The notes: a model not told the origin generated them from the sequence alone. Shown: positions 19,321-32,065, counted from the first letter of the stretch. The stretch is 64,000 nt of DNA from Salinispira sp. (GCA_965226555.1 CBDDDG010000014.1:32001-96000), one strand, 5' to 3'. Numbers and translations: made by a program.

Positions 19321-20391
19321 TTACGCTCGTTTTTTGGCAAACTCCCGCATGTATTCAGCAAGCGCCTGGGCTCCCTCAACAGGCATCGCATTGTACATGG
19401 ATGCCCTCATCCCTCCCACTGAGCGATGCCCCTTAAGACCGATCAAATTCCTTTCGGCGGCGCCTGAGAAAAACTCCGGCTCATGGGCGGTATTACGCAG
19501 GGTAAACACCACATTCATTGTACTGCGAAACAGAGGGTCAACAGGGCAGCGGTAAAATCCGTCAGAGTTGCTCATAACCGAATAGATCATATCGGCCTTC
19601 TCATTATTCATTTTTTCCATGGCAGCAAGTCCTCCTGAACGCTCAATCCATGCAAGAACGAGGCTCATAACCCATATGGAGAAGACCGGCGGAGTATTAT
19701 ACAGGCTTTTCGCCTTGGCATGCGTGCGGTAATTCAGATAAGCGCCAAGGGAACTCGGGCATCGTTCAAGCAGATCTTTACGAATAATGACTATTGTTAC
19801 CCCCGCAGGCCCCAGATTCTTCTGCGCCCCCGCATAGATAATACCAAACTGCTCAACATCCATGGGGCGGGAAAGAATATCCGATGACATATCGGCAGCG
19901 AGGGGGGCGGAGCACCGGGGAAATGTCTTCCATTGCACACCATTGATCGTCTCATTGCTGGTAATGTGAAGATAATCGCTTTCCGATTCTATGCTTTCAG
20001 AAGCCGGCAGGCTCCGCTGCTCCGGGTCCTTCCATATTACCCGGGCCGTACCGTATTGCTGCGCATCGGCAATTGCCTTCTGCGCCCAGGCTCCGCTGTC
20101 AACGTAGTCGGCTATTCCCGAAACCGTCATAAAATTCATGGGAAGCATGGAAAATTGAAGAGTTGCTCCCCCGCCGAGGAAGAGAACCTCATACGATTCA
20201 GTGATCTTCAGCAAATTCCGTATTCGGGAAATGGCTTTTTGATGAACTTCTTGGTATTCATCGCTTCGATGACTTGTTTCAATGAGAGACAGGCCGAGAT
20301 TTCTGTAATTGTATATGCTGCTCTGTACTTCCTGTAAAACCTCAGCCGGCAGGGTTGCCGGTCCGGAATAAAAATTACATACTCTTTTCAT
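19321..20391 (-). CDS. serC: Phosphoserine aminotransferase
   Basis: NFYSGPA, SHRS, NETINGV, DMSSD, YAGAQKNLGPAG, NTPP, GHRSVGGMRASMYNA. Confidence 0.95.
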   Translation of the reverse strand: MKRVCNFYSGPATLPAEVLQEVQSSIYNYRNLGLSLIETSHRSDEYQEVHQKAISRIRNLLKITESYEVLFLGGGATLQFSMLPMNFMTVSGIADYVDSGAWAQKAIADAQQYGTARVIWKDPEQRSLPASESIESESDYLHITSNETINGVQWKTFPRCSAPLAADMSSDILSRPMDVEQFGIIYAGAQKNLGPAGVTIVIIRKDLLERCPSSLGAYLNYRTHAKAKSLYNTPPVFSIWVMSLVLAWIERSGGLAAMEKMNNEKADMIYSVMSNSDGFYRCPVDPLFRSTMNVVFTLRNTAHEPEFFSGAAERNLIGLKGHRSVGGMRASMYNAMPVEGAQALAEYMREFAKKRA

Positions 20392-20761
20392 CATGGACTC
20401 CAATACGATTTTTGTGTTTCTGCTTTCATGATACTATTTCTCCTGTCCGGTATCAATGTATCCGGCAGTACTGTCTGCCCGGCAGTAACATCATTCTGAA
20501 TGACCCAGTTTTTGTTAATTTTACAGGAATATGTGTTATTATGATACACATACCATGAAGAATACAACAGTATATTGGAGTATACTTTATGTGTTTTCAT
20601 AAAGATATATGTTGTAAAGATATAAAATGTATGAATTTTTTTGGATTTTCTGTATCTTGGTACATTTTTTGCTGTATATTGACTATATGGAATGCTTTTT
20701 CTGTGCTGAGCATTCTCGCATTTTGTAGAAAGTCTGGTATAGAGCTTAAGCAGGAGCATTC

Positions 20762-21634
20762 ATGAGTAAAATGACAGAAAAAACTATGGAAAAAGCATTA
20801 TCCAGAGACGATGATATACTTGCCATGTATCTCCGTGAAATAAGCAAAATTCCTCTTTTGAAGGTTGAAGAGGAAGGGGATCTGATAAGGCGAGCCAAAG
20901 AAGGCGATAATACCACAAAGGAAAAAATTCTTCGCTCCAATTTACGTTTTGTGGTTAATGTGGCAAAAAAATATCGAAACAGAGGCCTGCCCTTTGTTGA
21001 TCTCATAAGCGAAGGTAATGTCGGGCTTATTCATGCCTTTGAACGCTTCGATATAAACCGCGGTTTCCGCTTCATATCGTATGCGGTATGGTGGATACGT
21101 CAGGCAATTCTCAAGGCAGTGTATGAAAAGAGCAAAATGATTCGCCTGCCAATGAACCGCTTCAATGAGCTCATACACATTGAGAAAGCGCGCAATACCC
21201 TTGAAGATTCGCACAGTGAAATGGATGAAATACAAAAAATTGCAGCAAGTCTCAATATGGATGCTACCCATGTCAGTGAACTTATCTCCATTGGCCGAGA
21301 CCATGTATCTTCAGATACTCCGGTGTACCATGAAACAGATAATGCTGTTATCAGCGATTTTTTCGAAGATACCGCCAACACTCTCCCTGAAGAATTTGCC
21401 ATCACTAATTCTCTCAAAAAAGATATTGACAAATTTCTCACTATTCTTGATGAGAGAGAATCGGAAATTATCAGGCTCCGCTTTGGATTAGGCGGTATTA
21501 CCCCCCTCAGTCTTAAGGAAATTGGAAGACGCTTTGGTCTCACCAAGGAACGAATTCGACAAATTGAGCAAAAAGCGATCAAACGTCTTCAACACCCCAT
21601 GCGGAATGGCCACCTTGTTGCATATATGTTTTGA
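20762..21634 (+). CDS. Sigma70-family (RpoD/RpoS-like) sigma factor lacking region 1.1
   Basis: YLREI, SNLRFVVNVAKKY, GFRFISYAVWWIRQAI, LTKERIRQIE. Confidence 0.9.
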   Translation: MSKMTEKTMEKALSRDDDILAMYLREISKIPLLKVEEEGDLIRRAKEGDNTTKEKILRSNLRFVVNVAKKYRNRGLPFVDLISEGNVGLIHAFERFDINRGFRFISYAVWWIRQAILKAVYEKSKMIRLPMNRFNELIHIEKARNTLEDSHSEMDEIQKIAASLNMDATHVSELISIGRDHVSSDTPVYHETDNAVISDFFEDTANTLPEEFAITNSLKKDIDKFLTILDERESEIIRLRFGLGGITPLSLKEIGRRFGLTKERIRQIEQKAIKRLQHPMRNGHLVAYMF

Positions 21635-21780
21635 AGCGCCATGTGCAGTGCAGAGGAAAACTTTGTTTTATTCAGATCCAAGTGATCAAAAGTAAAATAC
21701 CTGATACTATGATAATTACCTATTGATGTGTGAATACAGAAAAGCACAATAATTCGGATATGGTATATGTCCGAAGCAGA

Positions 21781-21864
21781 GCCGGTGTGGCGGAACTGGT
21801 AGACGCAGCAGACTCAAAATCTGCCGCCAGCAATGGTGTGGGAGTTCGAGTCTCCCCACCGGTA
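21781..21864 (+). tRNA. tRNA-Leu(CAA), CCA not encoded
   Basis: Acceptor GCCGGTG/CACCGGT, anticodon arm GCAGA-CTCAAAA-TCTGC, long variable arm, GTTCGAG T-loop. Confidence 0.95.
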
Positions 21865-21876
21865 AGGAGCATAACA

Positions 21877-23340
21877 TTGAAGACTAACGCAGCGCAGAAC
21901 CTGCTTACAAACCCGATCCCCCCGTTGGTGCGATCAATTGCAATACCGGCAAGTATTGGAACAGTGTTCACAACACTTTATAACTTTGTCGATACCTACT
22001 GGGCAGGGCAGCTTTCCACCGATTCGCTGGCTGCCCTCACTCCGAACTTCACGATCTTCCTGCTCGCGCTGACAGTCGGAGTCGGCTTTTCATCGGGCGC
22101 GACTGCCCTCATTTCAAACTACATCGGCGCAGGCGATGAACGAAATTCCCGGTATATCTTTGCCCAGATTATCGGATATGCGCTGTGCGCTCAGGTTGTT
22201 TTGAGTGTTGTGCTGCTCCTGCTCCTGCGCCCCTTGTTTCTGTTTATGGGAACCGATCCCTCCGTTCTTCCCCGGGCAATGGCATATGGTACTGTTATTG
22301 TCTCGGGAGCGGTTGCAATGACCCTTAACCAGGTTTTTAACTCCGCGCTCGCGGCACGGGGGCTTTCAAAGCCCTTCAGGAATTCGCTCATACTTGGGTT
22401 TTTTCTTAACTTCGGTCTGGATCCCCTTCTTCTCTTTGGTGTGAACATTGGCGGCAGGGTAATTATTCCGGCTCTCGAAGAACGCGGCATTGCGCTTGCA
22501 ACCGTAATTATTCAGGCACTCACCGCTTCATACCTTTTGTATCATGCGATAAAGGCCGGCGCTCTCACGGGAACAAAGTTCAAAGATTTTATACCGAATG
22601 TTAAGCCCTTGAAGGAAATTGCTTCTCAGGTTATTCCTGCGATGTTCGACTTTCTTGTCCTTGCGATCGGTACTCTGGTTATCAATTATTTCATTGGCGG
22701 CTACGGTAAGGAAGTTGTCGCCGCCTATGGTACCGCAGTCCGCATTGAGCAGTTCGCGCTCATTCCCAATTTTGGTCTTATGATCGCTCTGGGCGCCATT
22801 GTGGGGCAGAATAACGGCGCCGGAAACATTGAGCGGGTGAGGAAGACCTTCGGGGTAACTCTCCGCTATGGTCTGTACATTATGCTTGTGCTCCTTCCTC
22901 CCATTCTCATTTTCGGCCGTCAGCTTATAGGTCTCATTTCCGACAATGTCGAGGTTATCCGCATTGGCTATAATTATCTGCTCGTTCAGGGGATCACTTT
23001 TTACAGTTACATTGTTTTGTTCCAGGCGAACTCCATGCTTCGGGGCATTAAGAAACCTCTCATGATTATGTGGATGAGTCTGTATCGGCAGGTTCTTGCT
23101 CCCTTTGTCGTTTTCGCCTTTCTTGCTACTGGTCTTGGTTTACGGGAAACCGGCGTATGGTGGGGTATAGTCATTGTGAATTGGTCGGCTGCTTTCATAA
23201 CTCTCTGGTGGCTTATGCGGCAGCTCAAAAATCGTAGTCTGATAATAGAGATGGATGCCAAAGAAAAGTCCAAAGAGGATGCGGAAGCTGCAATGAATGA
23301 CGGGCAGATACAGGATCAGGATCGGAGTGATAAAGAATAG
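21877..23340 (+). CDS. MATE family efflux transporter
   Basis: TTG start after AAGGAG; LYNFVDTYWAGQL, GIALATVI, VAAYG, VGQNNGAG; many TM segments. Confidence 0.9.
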   Translation: MKTNAAQNLLTNPIPPLVRSIAIPASIGTVFTTLYNFVDTYWAGQLSTDSLAALTPNFTIFLLALTVGVGFSSGATALISNYIGAGDERNSRYIFAQIIGYALCAQVVLSVVLLLLLRPLFLFMGTDPSVLPRAMAYGTVIVSGAVAMTLNQVFNSALAARGLSKPFRNSLILGFFLNFGLDPLLLFGVNIGGRVIIPALEERGIALATVIIQALTASYLLYHAIKAGALTGTKFKDFIPNVKPLKEIASQVIPAMFDFLVLAIGTLVINYFIGGYGKEVVAAYGTAVRIEQFALIPNFGLMIALGAIVGQNNGAGNIERVRKTFGVTLRYGLYIMLVLLPPILIFGRQLIGLISDNVEVIRIGYNYLLVQGITFYSYIVLFQANSMLRGIKKPLMIMWMSLYRQVLAPFVVFAFLATGLGLRETGVWWGIVIVNWSAAFITLWWLMRQLKNRSLIIEMDAKEKSKEDAEAAMNDGQIQDQDRSDKE

Positions 23341-24713
23341 GGTAAGCGGATATGGAGATGGCGATTATGGCGATTTTCTTCGCCGATTGTACAGGGTTGC
23401 CGTAGAGCGCGTTAACCCCTACGGAATGATCATAAACAGGATCACTATCCGCAACGGAACCCTCACCATTCAAAATTCGCCCATCACCATCCGCCTTTCC
23501 GACTACCGTCACATACTGATTATCGGAGCAGGAAAGGCCGGCGCTCCCATGGCGCAGGCGCTGGAAGAACTGCTTAAAGAATACCCGATAAGCGGGCTTG
23601 TTGCCGTTAAATACGGGCACACAGCGCCAACAAATACCATAGACCTTATTGAAGCGGGACATCCTCTTCCCGATGAGAACAGCAGGAGGGCTGCCGATGA
23701 AGTTGCGGAACTTCTTGGCAGGGCCGACAGTGATACGCTGGTGTTCAATCTCATTTCCGGCGGCGGTTCAGCCCTCCTCAGTTGTCCTGTCTCAGAGATT
23801 CCCTCTGCTGATATTCAGGATATGAACACGGTACTTTTGGACTGCGGCGCCGAAATTCACGAAATTAATACTCTGCGCAAACATGTGAGCGGCATTAAGG
23901 GCGGCCGTCTGGCAGAAATGGCCTATCCCTGCCGTTTAATAAATATCATTCTTTCCGATGTTATTGGAGATGATCTGGAAGTCATTGCATCCGGTCCTGC
24001 GGTGCCGGATCCGAGTACCTTTACGAATGTTCAGAACATAGTCGATACATACCAGATCAGGAAAAAATTGCCGCAGTCAATTATCAATTACTTTGATAAG
24101 GGTCTCCACGATCCATCTCTGGAAACACCGAAGGCCGATAACCCCTGCTTTCAGCGGGTACAGACAGTTCTCCTCGGAAACAACCGCTCAGCTCTGGAGG
24201 CAGCAGCAGCCTACGCCGAAAGCGAAGCCGAAAGATGGGGAGTGGACGATCCCGAAAAAGCGGGATTGAGAACCATTATCCTCACTTCCCGTATGAGCGG
24301 TGAAGCGCGGGAAATTGCCAAACTATTTTCCGCCATAGCGCTTGATCCTCCGGGGAAAAACCTGCTCGTTCTTGCTGGCGGTGAAACAACAGTACGCATG
24401 CGGGGTAAAGGCAGAGGCGGCAGGAATCAGGAACTGGCGCTCTCCTATCTGGATACCATACTCCGCAGCGGTCTGTTGCCCGCCGCCTGCTTTCTTGCCG
24501 CCGGCTCAGACGGCAACGATGGCCCAACCGATGCCGCAGGCGCTGTTATTTGCCCAACAGACATCAGCCGCCTTGCTGCAAGCGGACCCTCTCCCGCAGC
24601 ATGGCTTGCCGATAACAACTCATACGAGTACCTTTCCAAGAACGGAATTATCTACAAACCCGGGCCGACAAACACCAACGTCTGCGATTTCTGCTTTCTC
24701 TACATTCATCCCT

Positions 24714-24715
<2 letters not shown>
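23297..24715 (+). CDS. Glycerate 2-kinase (DUF4147/MOFRL family)
   Basis: GAGKA, EAGHPLPD, LISGGGSAL, IKGGRL, IASGP, GGETTV, GGRNQE, DGNDGPTDAAG, TNTNV; start may be 23327. Confidence 0.9.
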
Positions 24716-26173
<1,458 letters not shown>

Positions 26174-26382
26174 TTACATAAAGCAAAGGTTTCGTCAAGG
26201 TTTATATGTGGATATTGTGGGAAATTTGGCGGGATTTTGATATTTGATCGACGGCGCGTGGGCGAGCGACTTGATCGGGTATCAAAAAAAGCCCCGATCC
26301 GTTCCGGCATGGTCATGCAAGAAGCAGGGCGGGGCATAATGTTGCCACAGCGTGAGGCAACAATAGTCAAAAAGCTGGTTGA

Positions 26383-26760
26383 CTACTGCCGGGTAAGAGT
26401 AAAATCAGCAATCCTACTATCAGCAAACATCAAAGTATTGTCACTAATGGTATACTCAAACTTTTGATCCTCAAGTTCTGCAAGTACTGACGGGTCTTCT
26501 AATCCTTCACAATTGCTTAACGTAATTGAGTCCCCGTTATCCTCGTAATCACAAGTAAGTTGCAAACCAGCAGGGGCTTCGAAGAAGACAATAGCGGGAA
26601 ATTTTATTTTAGTAACGGTGAATGTTACAGTATAAGGAACTCCCTCATATTCTTCTATCCACGTCCCCACTAAGGGAGATGGTTCATCCATGTCCATCGG
26701 ACATCCTACTAATATAGTTATCGCGACAACAACTATAAATAATGACATTAACTTTTTCAT
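26383..26760 (-). CDS. Small lipoprotein, hypothetical
   Basis: RBS AGGAGGT, signal ending ILVGC, LVGTW motif; AT-rich. Confidence 0.75.
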   Translation of the reverse strand: MKKLMSLFIVVVAITILVGCPMDMDEPSPLVGTWIEEYEGVPYTVTFTVTKIKFPAIVFFEAPAGLQLTCDYEDNGDSITLSNCEGLEDPSVLAELEDQKFEYTISDNTLMFADSRIADFTLTRQ

Positions 26761-27241
26761 AAAGTTAACCTCCTAAAAATATTGGTATAGAAATTCCTCA
26801 AGGGAATCTCTAGAAATTCAATATTCGGTAGTGTGAAATACTGGAGTTTCTGGAAATTCCCGGTGGTGTTAAAGCAGTCTGGTTCATAGGGGGATGTGTC
26901 GGAGCTGTTGCGGCGGGACAGTTTAAACCCGGTAATTAGGAGAGTGATCGGGGATAATGTGAGAAAAATATTTTTTATTTTAGAAGGGGGTTTTTTTTTG
27001 GGGGGGGGGTGGTAGAATGTTTTTGGGATGTATGCTATACTCAGGGTTACGGCTTGGTTTCGCTGTAGCTATTTTGTATGCAGGCATAGTAAACTATCTT
27101 CCTTTTTTGAAAGGCTATCTGAAAAAATTGACCGTGTCAATACCCGCGACAAATGTTTATATCCCAGACATTGCCAATGGTATATTGACAAAATAATCGA
27201 ATCATCATACTATTTGCGCATATACGATTAAGGATAATAAA

Positions 27242-28471
27242 ATGTACAGAAAAAATATAAGTATTGTTTTTTTGGGACTGGTACTGTGTACCGCGCTGTC
27301 AGCAGCCGGGAACAGTGATTCGGAAAACACATCCATTTTTTCCATGGATTTCGAGCAGATAGAAGAACAGGCGCAGGGGAGTGATGTCCGCTTCTATATG
27401 TGGGGCGGGTCCCCGCAGATAAACACCTGGGTCGATTCTGTTATCGGCGGGTATCTGATGGATCAATATGATATTACGCTGGAACGGGTTCCAATGGACG
27501 CGAGCGTTTTTGTGAATCGTTTGCTCAGCGAAAAAGATGCCGGCCGTAAAGAGGGCATTATGGACATTCTCTGGATTAACGGAGAAAATTTCAAGAATGC
27601 CCGTGAGGGTGACATTCTCTTTGGTCCCTTCACCCAGCTCCTGCCAAATTTCGCGGACTATGTTGATGCGGCAACGACAATCTCCGATGCCGGGTATCCG
27701 GTTGATGGCTATGAAGCTCCCTATGGGAGAGCGCAGTTCGTTGTGGAATATGATTCTGCCCGCATTGCCGACCCGCCGACGACCTTTGCCGACCTTACAG
27801 AATGGGTCATGGCGCATCCGGGACGTTTTACCTATCCGCAGCCGCCGGATTTTACCGGTTCGGCTTTTATCCGTCAGGTCTTTTACGTGCTCAGCGGCGG
27901 ATATGAGCAGTATCTTGGCGATTTCGACCGGGAACTTTTCGACCGCAATGCGCCTGCTCTCTGGGATTATCTCAACAATCTGGCGCCCTATCTCTGGAGA
28001 AGCGGAGAAAGCTATCCGGCAGACCTTGCCGCCCTTGACGGACTTTTTGAGCGTGGAGAAGTATCGTTTAATATGACATTTACGCAAACTGGCGCAGCAA
28101 GTAAGATACGTCAGGGACGGTACCCGGAATCGGTACGTACCTTTGTCTTTGAAGGAGCCAGCCTTGCCAATACGCACTATCTGGCCATTCCCTTTAACGC
28201 CCCAAACACGGCGGCGGCTCTGGTAGCAATTAACAGTATTCTCTCACCGGAGATACAGCTCTCAAAGAATGATCCGCAAAAGTGGGGCGATTTTACTGTG
28301 CTTGATGTAGGGAAGCTGCCTGAGAGCGACCAGCAGCGCTTTGCAGTTCTTGATCTTGGCGATGCGACCCTCCCGCTCAATGTTCTGAGTGAAAATGCTG
28401 TTCCTGAAATTGATTCACAGTATTTAGAAGCTTTGGAGCAGGGTTGGGCGGAGTATGTCCTTCGGAATTAG
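27242..28471 (+). CDS. ABC transporter substrate-binding protein (YnjB-like)
   Basis: FYMWGGS, DILWINGENF, HPGRFTYPQPPDFTGSAF, NTHYLAIPFNA. Confidence 0.85.
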   Translation: MYRKNISIVFLGLVLCTALSAAGNSDSENTSIFSMDFEQIEEQAQGSDVRFYMWGGSPQINTWVDSVIGGYLMDQYDITLERVPMDASVFVNRLLSEKDAGRKEGIMDILWINGENFKNAREGDILFGPFTQLLPNFADYVDAATTISDAGYPVDGYEAPYGRAQFVVEYDSARIADPPTTFADLTEWVMAHPGRFTYPQPPDFTGSAFIRQVFYVLSGGYEQYLGDFDRELFDRNAPALWDYLNNLAPYLWRSGESYPADLAALDGLFERGEVSFNMTFTQTGAASKIRQGRYPESVRTFVFEGASLANTHYLAIPFNAPNTAAALVAINSILSPEIQLSKNDPQKWGDFTVLDVGKLPESDQQRFAVLDLGDATLPLNVLSENAVPEIDSQYLEALEQGWAEYVLRN

Positions 28472-29312
28472 ATCGCTGCCGCTGAGATCGCAGGGAATTA
28501 GATCGCATCCATCTCTTTTCGGGCTTCTCCCGGGCTGCATGCTTGCGGGGCTGGCAGTATCGGCGGGCGCATGGTATTCGTTGAAAAATATCGGGGCGCC
28601 TCCAGATGCGTATGTCTTCGGATCTCTTTTTTTCAGCCTGAACATTGCCTTCCTTTCCACCTTCTTTTCGCTTATCCTCGGAACAGGTCTGGCGCTCTGG
28701 TTGTGGAATCAGAATTCATGGCTTCCCTCGCAACTTTATACCATTCCCCTCATTCTTCCCCACATTGTTGCCGCCTTCTTTGTTGTCATTTTCTTTTCAC
28801 AGAGCGGAATTTTGTCGTCACTGCTGTATCATCTGAGAATTATTACGGATTTGCAGGATTTTCCTGTTCTGGTATTTGATAATGGAGGAACAGGCATTAT
28901 TCTTGCCTACGTATATAAGGAAACGGCATTTGTGAGCCTTCTTGTGCTTGCCTCGCTGAGAAAAATTCCTGCTGCCCTCATTCAGACTTCTTTTATGCTT
29001 GGGGCATCACGAATGCGGACAGCGCGAAAAGTTATTCTTCCGCACATTTCCCCAACACTCTGGATTGTGGGAATTATCATTTTTCTGTACAGTTTCGGCG
29101 CCTACGACATTCCCTACCTCATCGGTTCAGGCAGCAGGCCAATGGTCTCCATAGAGGCCTATCGCCTATTCTTTGAGGGCAGCATTGCGCAGCGTCCAAT
29201 GGCTCACACGCTTTTGTTTATTGTGTGGGTCATTTCGCTTGCCTTTCTTATTGTTTTCATTCTCATACGAACATTGTTCAGCAGACGATCAGATCAGGAA
29301 CACTCTCTGTGA
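28455..29312 (+). CDS. ABC transporter permease
   Basis: Multiple TM segments, EAA-like loop MLGASRMRTARKVILP. Confidence 0.85.
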   Translation: MSFGIRSLPLRSQGIRSHPSLFGLLPGCMLAGLAVSAGAWYSLKNIGAPPDAYVFGSLFFSLNIAFLSTFFSLILGTGLALWLWNQNSWLPSQLYTIPLILPHIVAAFFVVIFFSQSGILSSLLYHLRIITDLQDFPVLVFDNGGTGIILAYVYKETAFVSLLVLASLRKIPAALIQTSFMLGASRMRTARKVILPHISPTLWIVGIIIFLYSFGAYDIPYLIGSGSRPMVSIEAYRLFFEGSIAQRPMAHTLLFIVWVISLAFLIVFILIRTLFSRRSDQEHSL

Positions 29313-30163
29313 AGTCGGATCGGGCTGAGAAGGCAGCGTGGGCTGAGAAGGAGGCGTGGGCTGGCAGTATGCAATTTTCGCGGCTCCTATTCATTGTTTT
29401 TTTTCTCCTGCCCATACTGTACCTTATTGTCCGTTCCGTTGGAGGAATTTGGTCATATCCTGCATTACTCCCGCAGTCGTGGAATTTCAGAGCAGTTCGG
29501 TATCTTATTGAGAATGTCAGCCCCATTCTGAAGAGCCTGCGCTCGTCCCTTTTTTACAGCCTTGCTACGGTTGTCATTACCCTTCTTTTCAGTATCGCCC
29601 CTGCTAAGGTGCTGGCCCGCAGGAATTTTCCCGGCAAAATTGTTATTGAATCGTTGCTTCTTGCTCCGCTCCTTGTTCCGGGCATTGTTTTTTCGCTTGG
29701 ACTCTATCCTCTCCTCCTGCGTATTGGTCTCATAGATAATGCCGCGGGGGTGATATTCATTCTTTCATTGCCGGCCTTTCCCTACATGCTGCGCGCGCTC
29801 ACGGCTGGTTTTGAATCGTATGGGCCGGGTCTGGAAACGACCGCTTTCATGTTGGGGGCGGGTATGTTCAGAAGGGCGCGTACGGTTCATGTGCCGCAGC
29901 TCCTGCCTGCCATTGTTTCAGGAGGGATGGTCGTGTTTCTGACGGCTTTTACCGAGTACTTTCTTGTGTTTCTCATTGGCGGGGGAGCGGTTTCTTCATT
30001 TTCAGGATACCTGCTGCCGCTGATCCGCTCATCAGATTGGGGCATAGGGTCAATTCTGAGTATTACCTTTCTCATTATCCCAATTGGAATGTATTCGGTA
30101 TTGGACAGAAGTATCAGTTTATATTATACTAAGCGAAATATTAAAAATGGAGAATTAACATGA
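29309..30163 (+). CDS. ABC transporter permease
   Basis: GTGA overlap; ETTAFMLGAG EAA-like loop. Confidence 0.85.
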   Translation: MKSDRAEKAAWAEKEAWAGSMQFSRLLFIVFFLLPILYLIVRSVGGIWSYPALLPQSWNFRAVRYLIENVSPILKSLRSSLFYSLATVVITLLFSIAPAKVLARRNFPGKIVIESLLLAPLLVPGIVFSLGLYPLLLRIGLIDNAAGVIFILSLPAFPYMLRALTAGFESYGPGLETTAFMLGAGMFRRARTVHVPQLLPAIVSGGMVVFLTAFTEYFLVFLIGGGAVSSFSGYLLPLIRSSDWGIGSILSITFLIIPIGMYSVLDRSISLYYTKRNIKNGELT

Positions 30164-30885
30164 AAAAGCGCATTATAACGCTTGTAGTAATTGCCGCTGT
30201 TATCGGCGGTTTGTATTTTCTGGCAGATAGTCTCGGCTGGCTCGATCAGTTTAATCCTGATGCAGTGTATGCGGCGAGAGATGAGCTCAAGGATGTGGTC
30301 GATGAATACCTTCTATTGACGGCGGTGATCTTTGTGCTGGTGTATTTTGTATCGGTTGCGCTGAGCGTTCCCGGAGCGTGGCTGCTCACCCTCACAGGGG
30401 GCTTTCTCTTCGGGCCAATTGCCAGCACGCTTCTGGTTAATCTTGGCGCGAGCAGCGGGGCGGTTGTCATTTTTCTTGCGGCCCGATATTTCGTGGGGAG
30501 CAAGGTACAGGAGAAGTATGGCGACAAGCTTGAGAAGTTCAACAGGGAGATAGAGGTGAACGGCAGCAGTTATCTGCTGACACTCCGTTTCATTCCCCTG
30601 TTCCCCTTTTTTCTCATAAACCTGTTTTCAGGTTTTACAACGGTACGGCTCCGCACCTTTATATGGACAACGGTTTTCGGCATTATGCCGGGAAGTTTTG
30701 TGTATTCCTATCTTGGCTACGTGGGCACCACCATTGAGCCCGGGCAGTCGCTGTTTTCACCGCAAATTATTCTGGCGCTCGTGTTGCTGGCGGGTTTCAG
30801 CCTCATTCCTGTGGTATACCGGAAGATCAAAGCCGGAAAAACCGGAGAAAAAAACGGGGGCGATGGCGGCGAAGCGAACGCATAA
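30160..30885 (+). CDS. TVP38/TMEM64 (DedA superfamily) membrane protein
   Basis: SVPGA..LTLTGGFLFG, LRFIPLFPFFLIN, GIMPGS. Confidence 0.9.
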   Translation: MKKRIITLVVIAAVIGGLYFLADSLGWLDQFNPDAVYAARDELKDVVDEYLLLTAVIFVLVYFVSVALSVPGAWLLTLTGGFLFGPIASTLLVNLGASSGAVVIFLAARYFVGSKVQEKYGDKLEKFNREIEVNGSSYLLTLRFIPLFPFFLINLFSGFTTVRLRTFIWTTVFGIMPGSFVYSYLGYVGTTIEPGQSLFSPQIILALVLLAGFSLIPVVYRKIKAGKTGEKNGGDGGEANA

Positions 30886-30967
30886 TGCTCCGCGAATTTC
30901 GCAAAATAACGGGAATGCTCAGCACAGAGACAGCATGCCAAATTTGAAATTTTTGGACTGCCCCTAA

Positions 30968-32065
30968 TTAATGCGATCCGTTCCGCAATGTCCGCATTTC
31001 CTCATCGCTCAGCCCGGTAATCCTCTGAACAGCCTCTGTCGACAATCCTTCCAAAAACATACTGCGAGCGTTTTTTCTCCGCTCCTCAATATGACCCTCC
31101 GCGCGACCTGCCTGAAGTCCTTCCTGTCGGCCCTTTGTGATACCCTGCTCAAGACCCTCAACCCGGCCTTTCAGAATACCTTTCTCCATTCCTTTCAGAA
31201 TACCTTTCTCAATGCCCTCAGCCCGGCCCTTTGTGATACCCTGCTCAAGACCCTCAATCCGGCCCTTCGCAATACCTTCCCTGACGAAGGCATTGGTTAT
31301 GTTATATGTCCGCATACTGTTTTCTCCTACTGAATATAGTTCCCTGTCAATTTTCTCAAACTGTCCATACAGTCCCAAGTCCTTCAGATAGCCTAGCACA
31401 CTCTCTGCCAGATCAGTAAAGTCTTGTGAAGACAGACCGTTCAGGAGCTGCGCAATTTCTTTCAGCCCCTCAGCGTCCATCTCATTGTCTCTCATAATAT
31501 ACCACAATGCAGTCGATGTATATCGTTTTCCATCGAAACGCCATGCCAACTGATCCTTTGTCATTCTCCTCAGATCGCACACAATGTACGACACTCTCGC
31601 CCTGACATCTACCGTGCCTTCAGTCATGGATTCGGAAGCAGCATTTCCATGTGAACTGTAAAATGTGAGTGGGAGGTTCCAGTCATTTTTTCCATGGTAG
31701 AGCAGCAGTATATAGATAGCATCCTTTTCATTGTACACATTGCTGTTTCTGAGGGCATGCTGATAGTCATCAATCTGTGTGAGAGCATGTTTATGCTGGT
31801 AGCTTTTATGTTCAATAATGAATAGAGCCTTCCGGTCGGGGTCTGACAGGAAGGGGGCGCTGACAACGAGATCGCAGTGAAGGTTCTTTTTTCCCGCAAT
31901 GTAGCTGGGATTTTCAATGCGAATTTTGTCCATGTCCAGCTTGGCAAGCGTCGTATCCTCACAGAACAGCCGCAGCAGGTCGGGAATCATACGGGGGGTT
32001 CTGTAGTAGGCGATCTTGAAGGCTATGTCGTGGATGTGTCCTGTGCTGTGGGATGATTTTTTCAT
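30968..32065 (-). CDS. Rpn family A, intact; internal small ORF 30968-31315
   Basis: Near-identical to 5542-6591; TAGGAGAAAACAGT-ATG internal start. Confidence 0.9.
   Translation of the reverse strand: MKKSSHSTGHIHDIAFKIAYYRTPRMIPDLLRLFCEDTTLAKLDMDKIRIENPSYIAGKKNLHCDLVVSAPFLSDPDRKALFIIEHKSYQHKHALTQIDDYQHALRNSNVYNEKDAIYILLLYHGKNDWNLPLTFYSSHGNAASESMTEGTVDVRARVSYIVCDLRRMTKDQLAWRFDGKRYTSTALWYIMRDNEMDAEGLKEIAQLLNGLSSQDFTDLAESVLGYLKDLGLYGQFEKIDRELYSVGENSMRTYNITNAFVREGIAKGRIEGLEQGITKGRAEGIEKGILKGMEKGILKGRVEGLEQGITKGRQEGLQAGRAEGHIEERRKNARSMFLEGLSTEAVQRITGLSDEEMRTLRNGSH

Noticed and set aside
21730..21876. N-terminal extension of MATE
   Set aside because: Overlaps tRNA-Leu; RBS supports TTG 21877
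27299..28177. Long antisense ORFs (also 37489-38412, 9267-9959, 13670-14362, 3084-3746)
   Set aside because: Shadows of well-supported genes on the opposite strand, with no recognisable motifs
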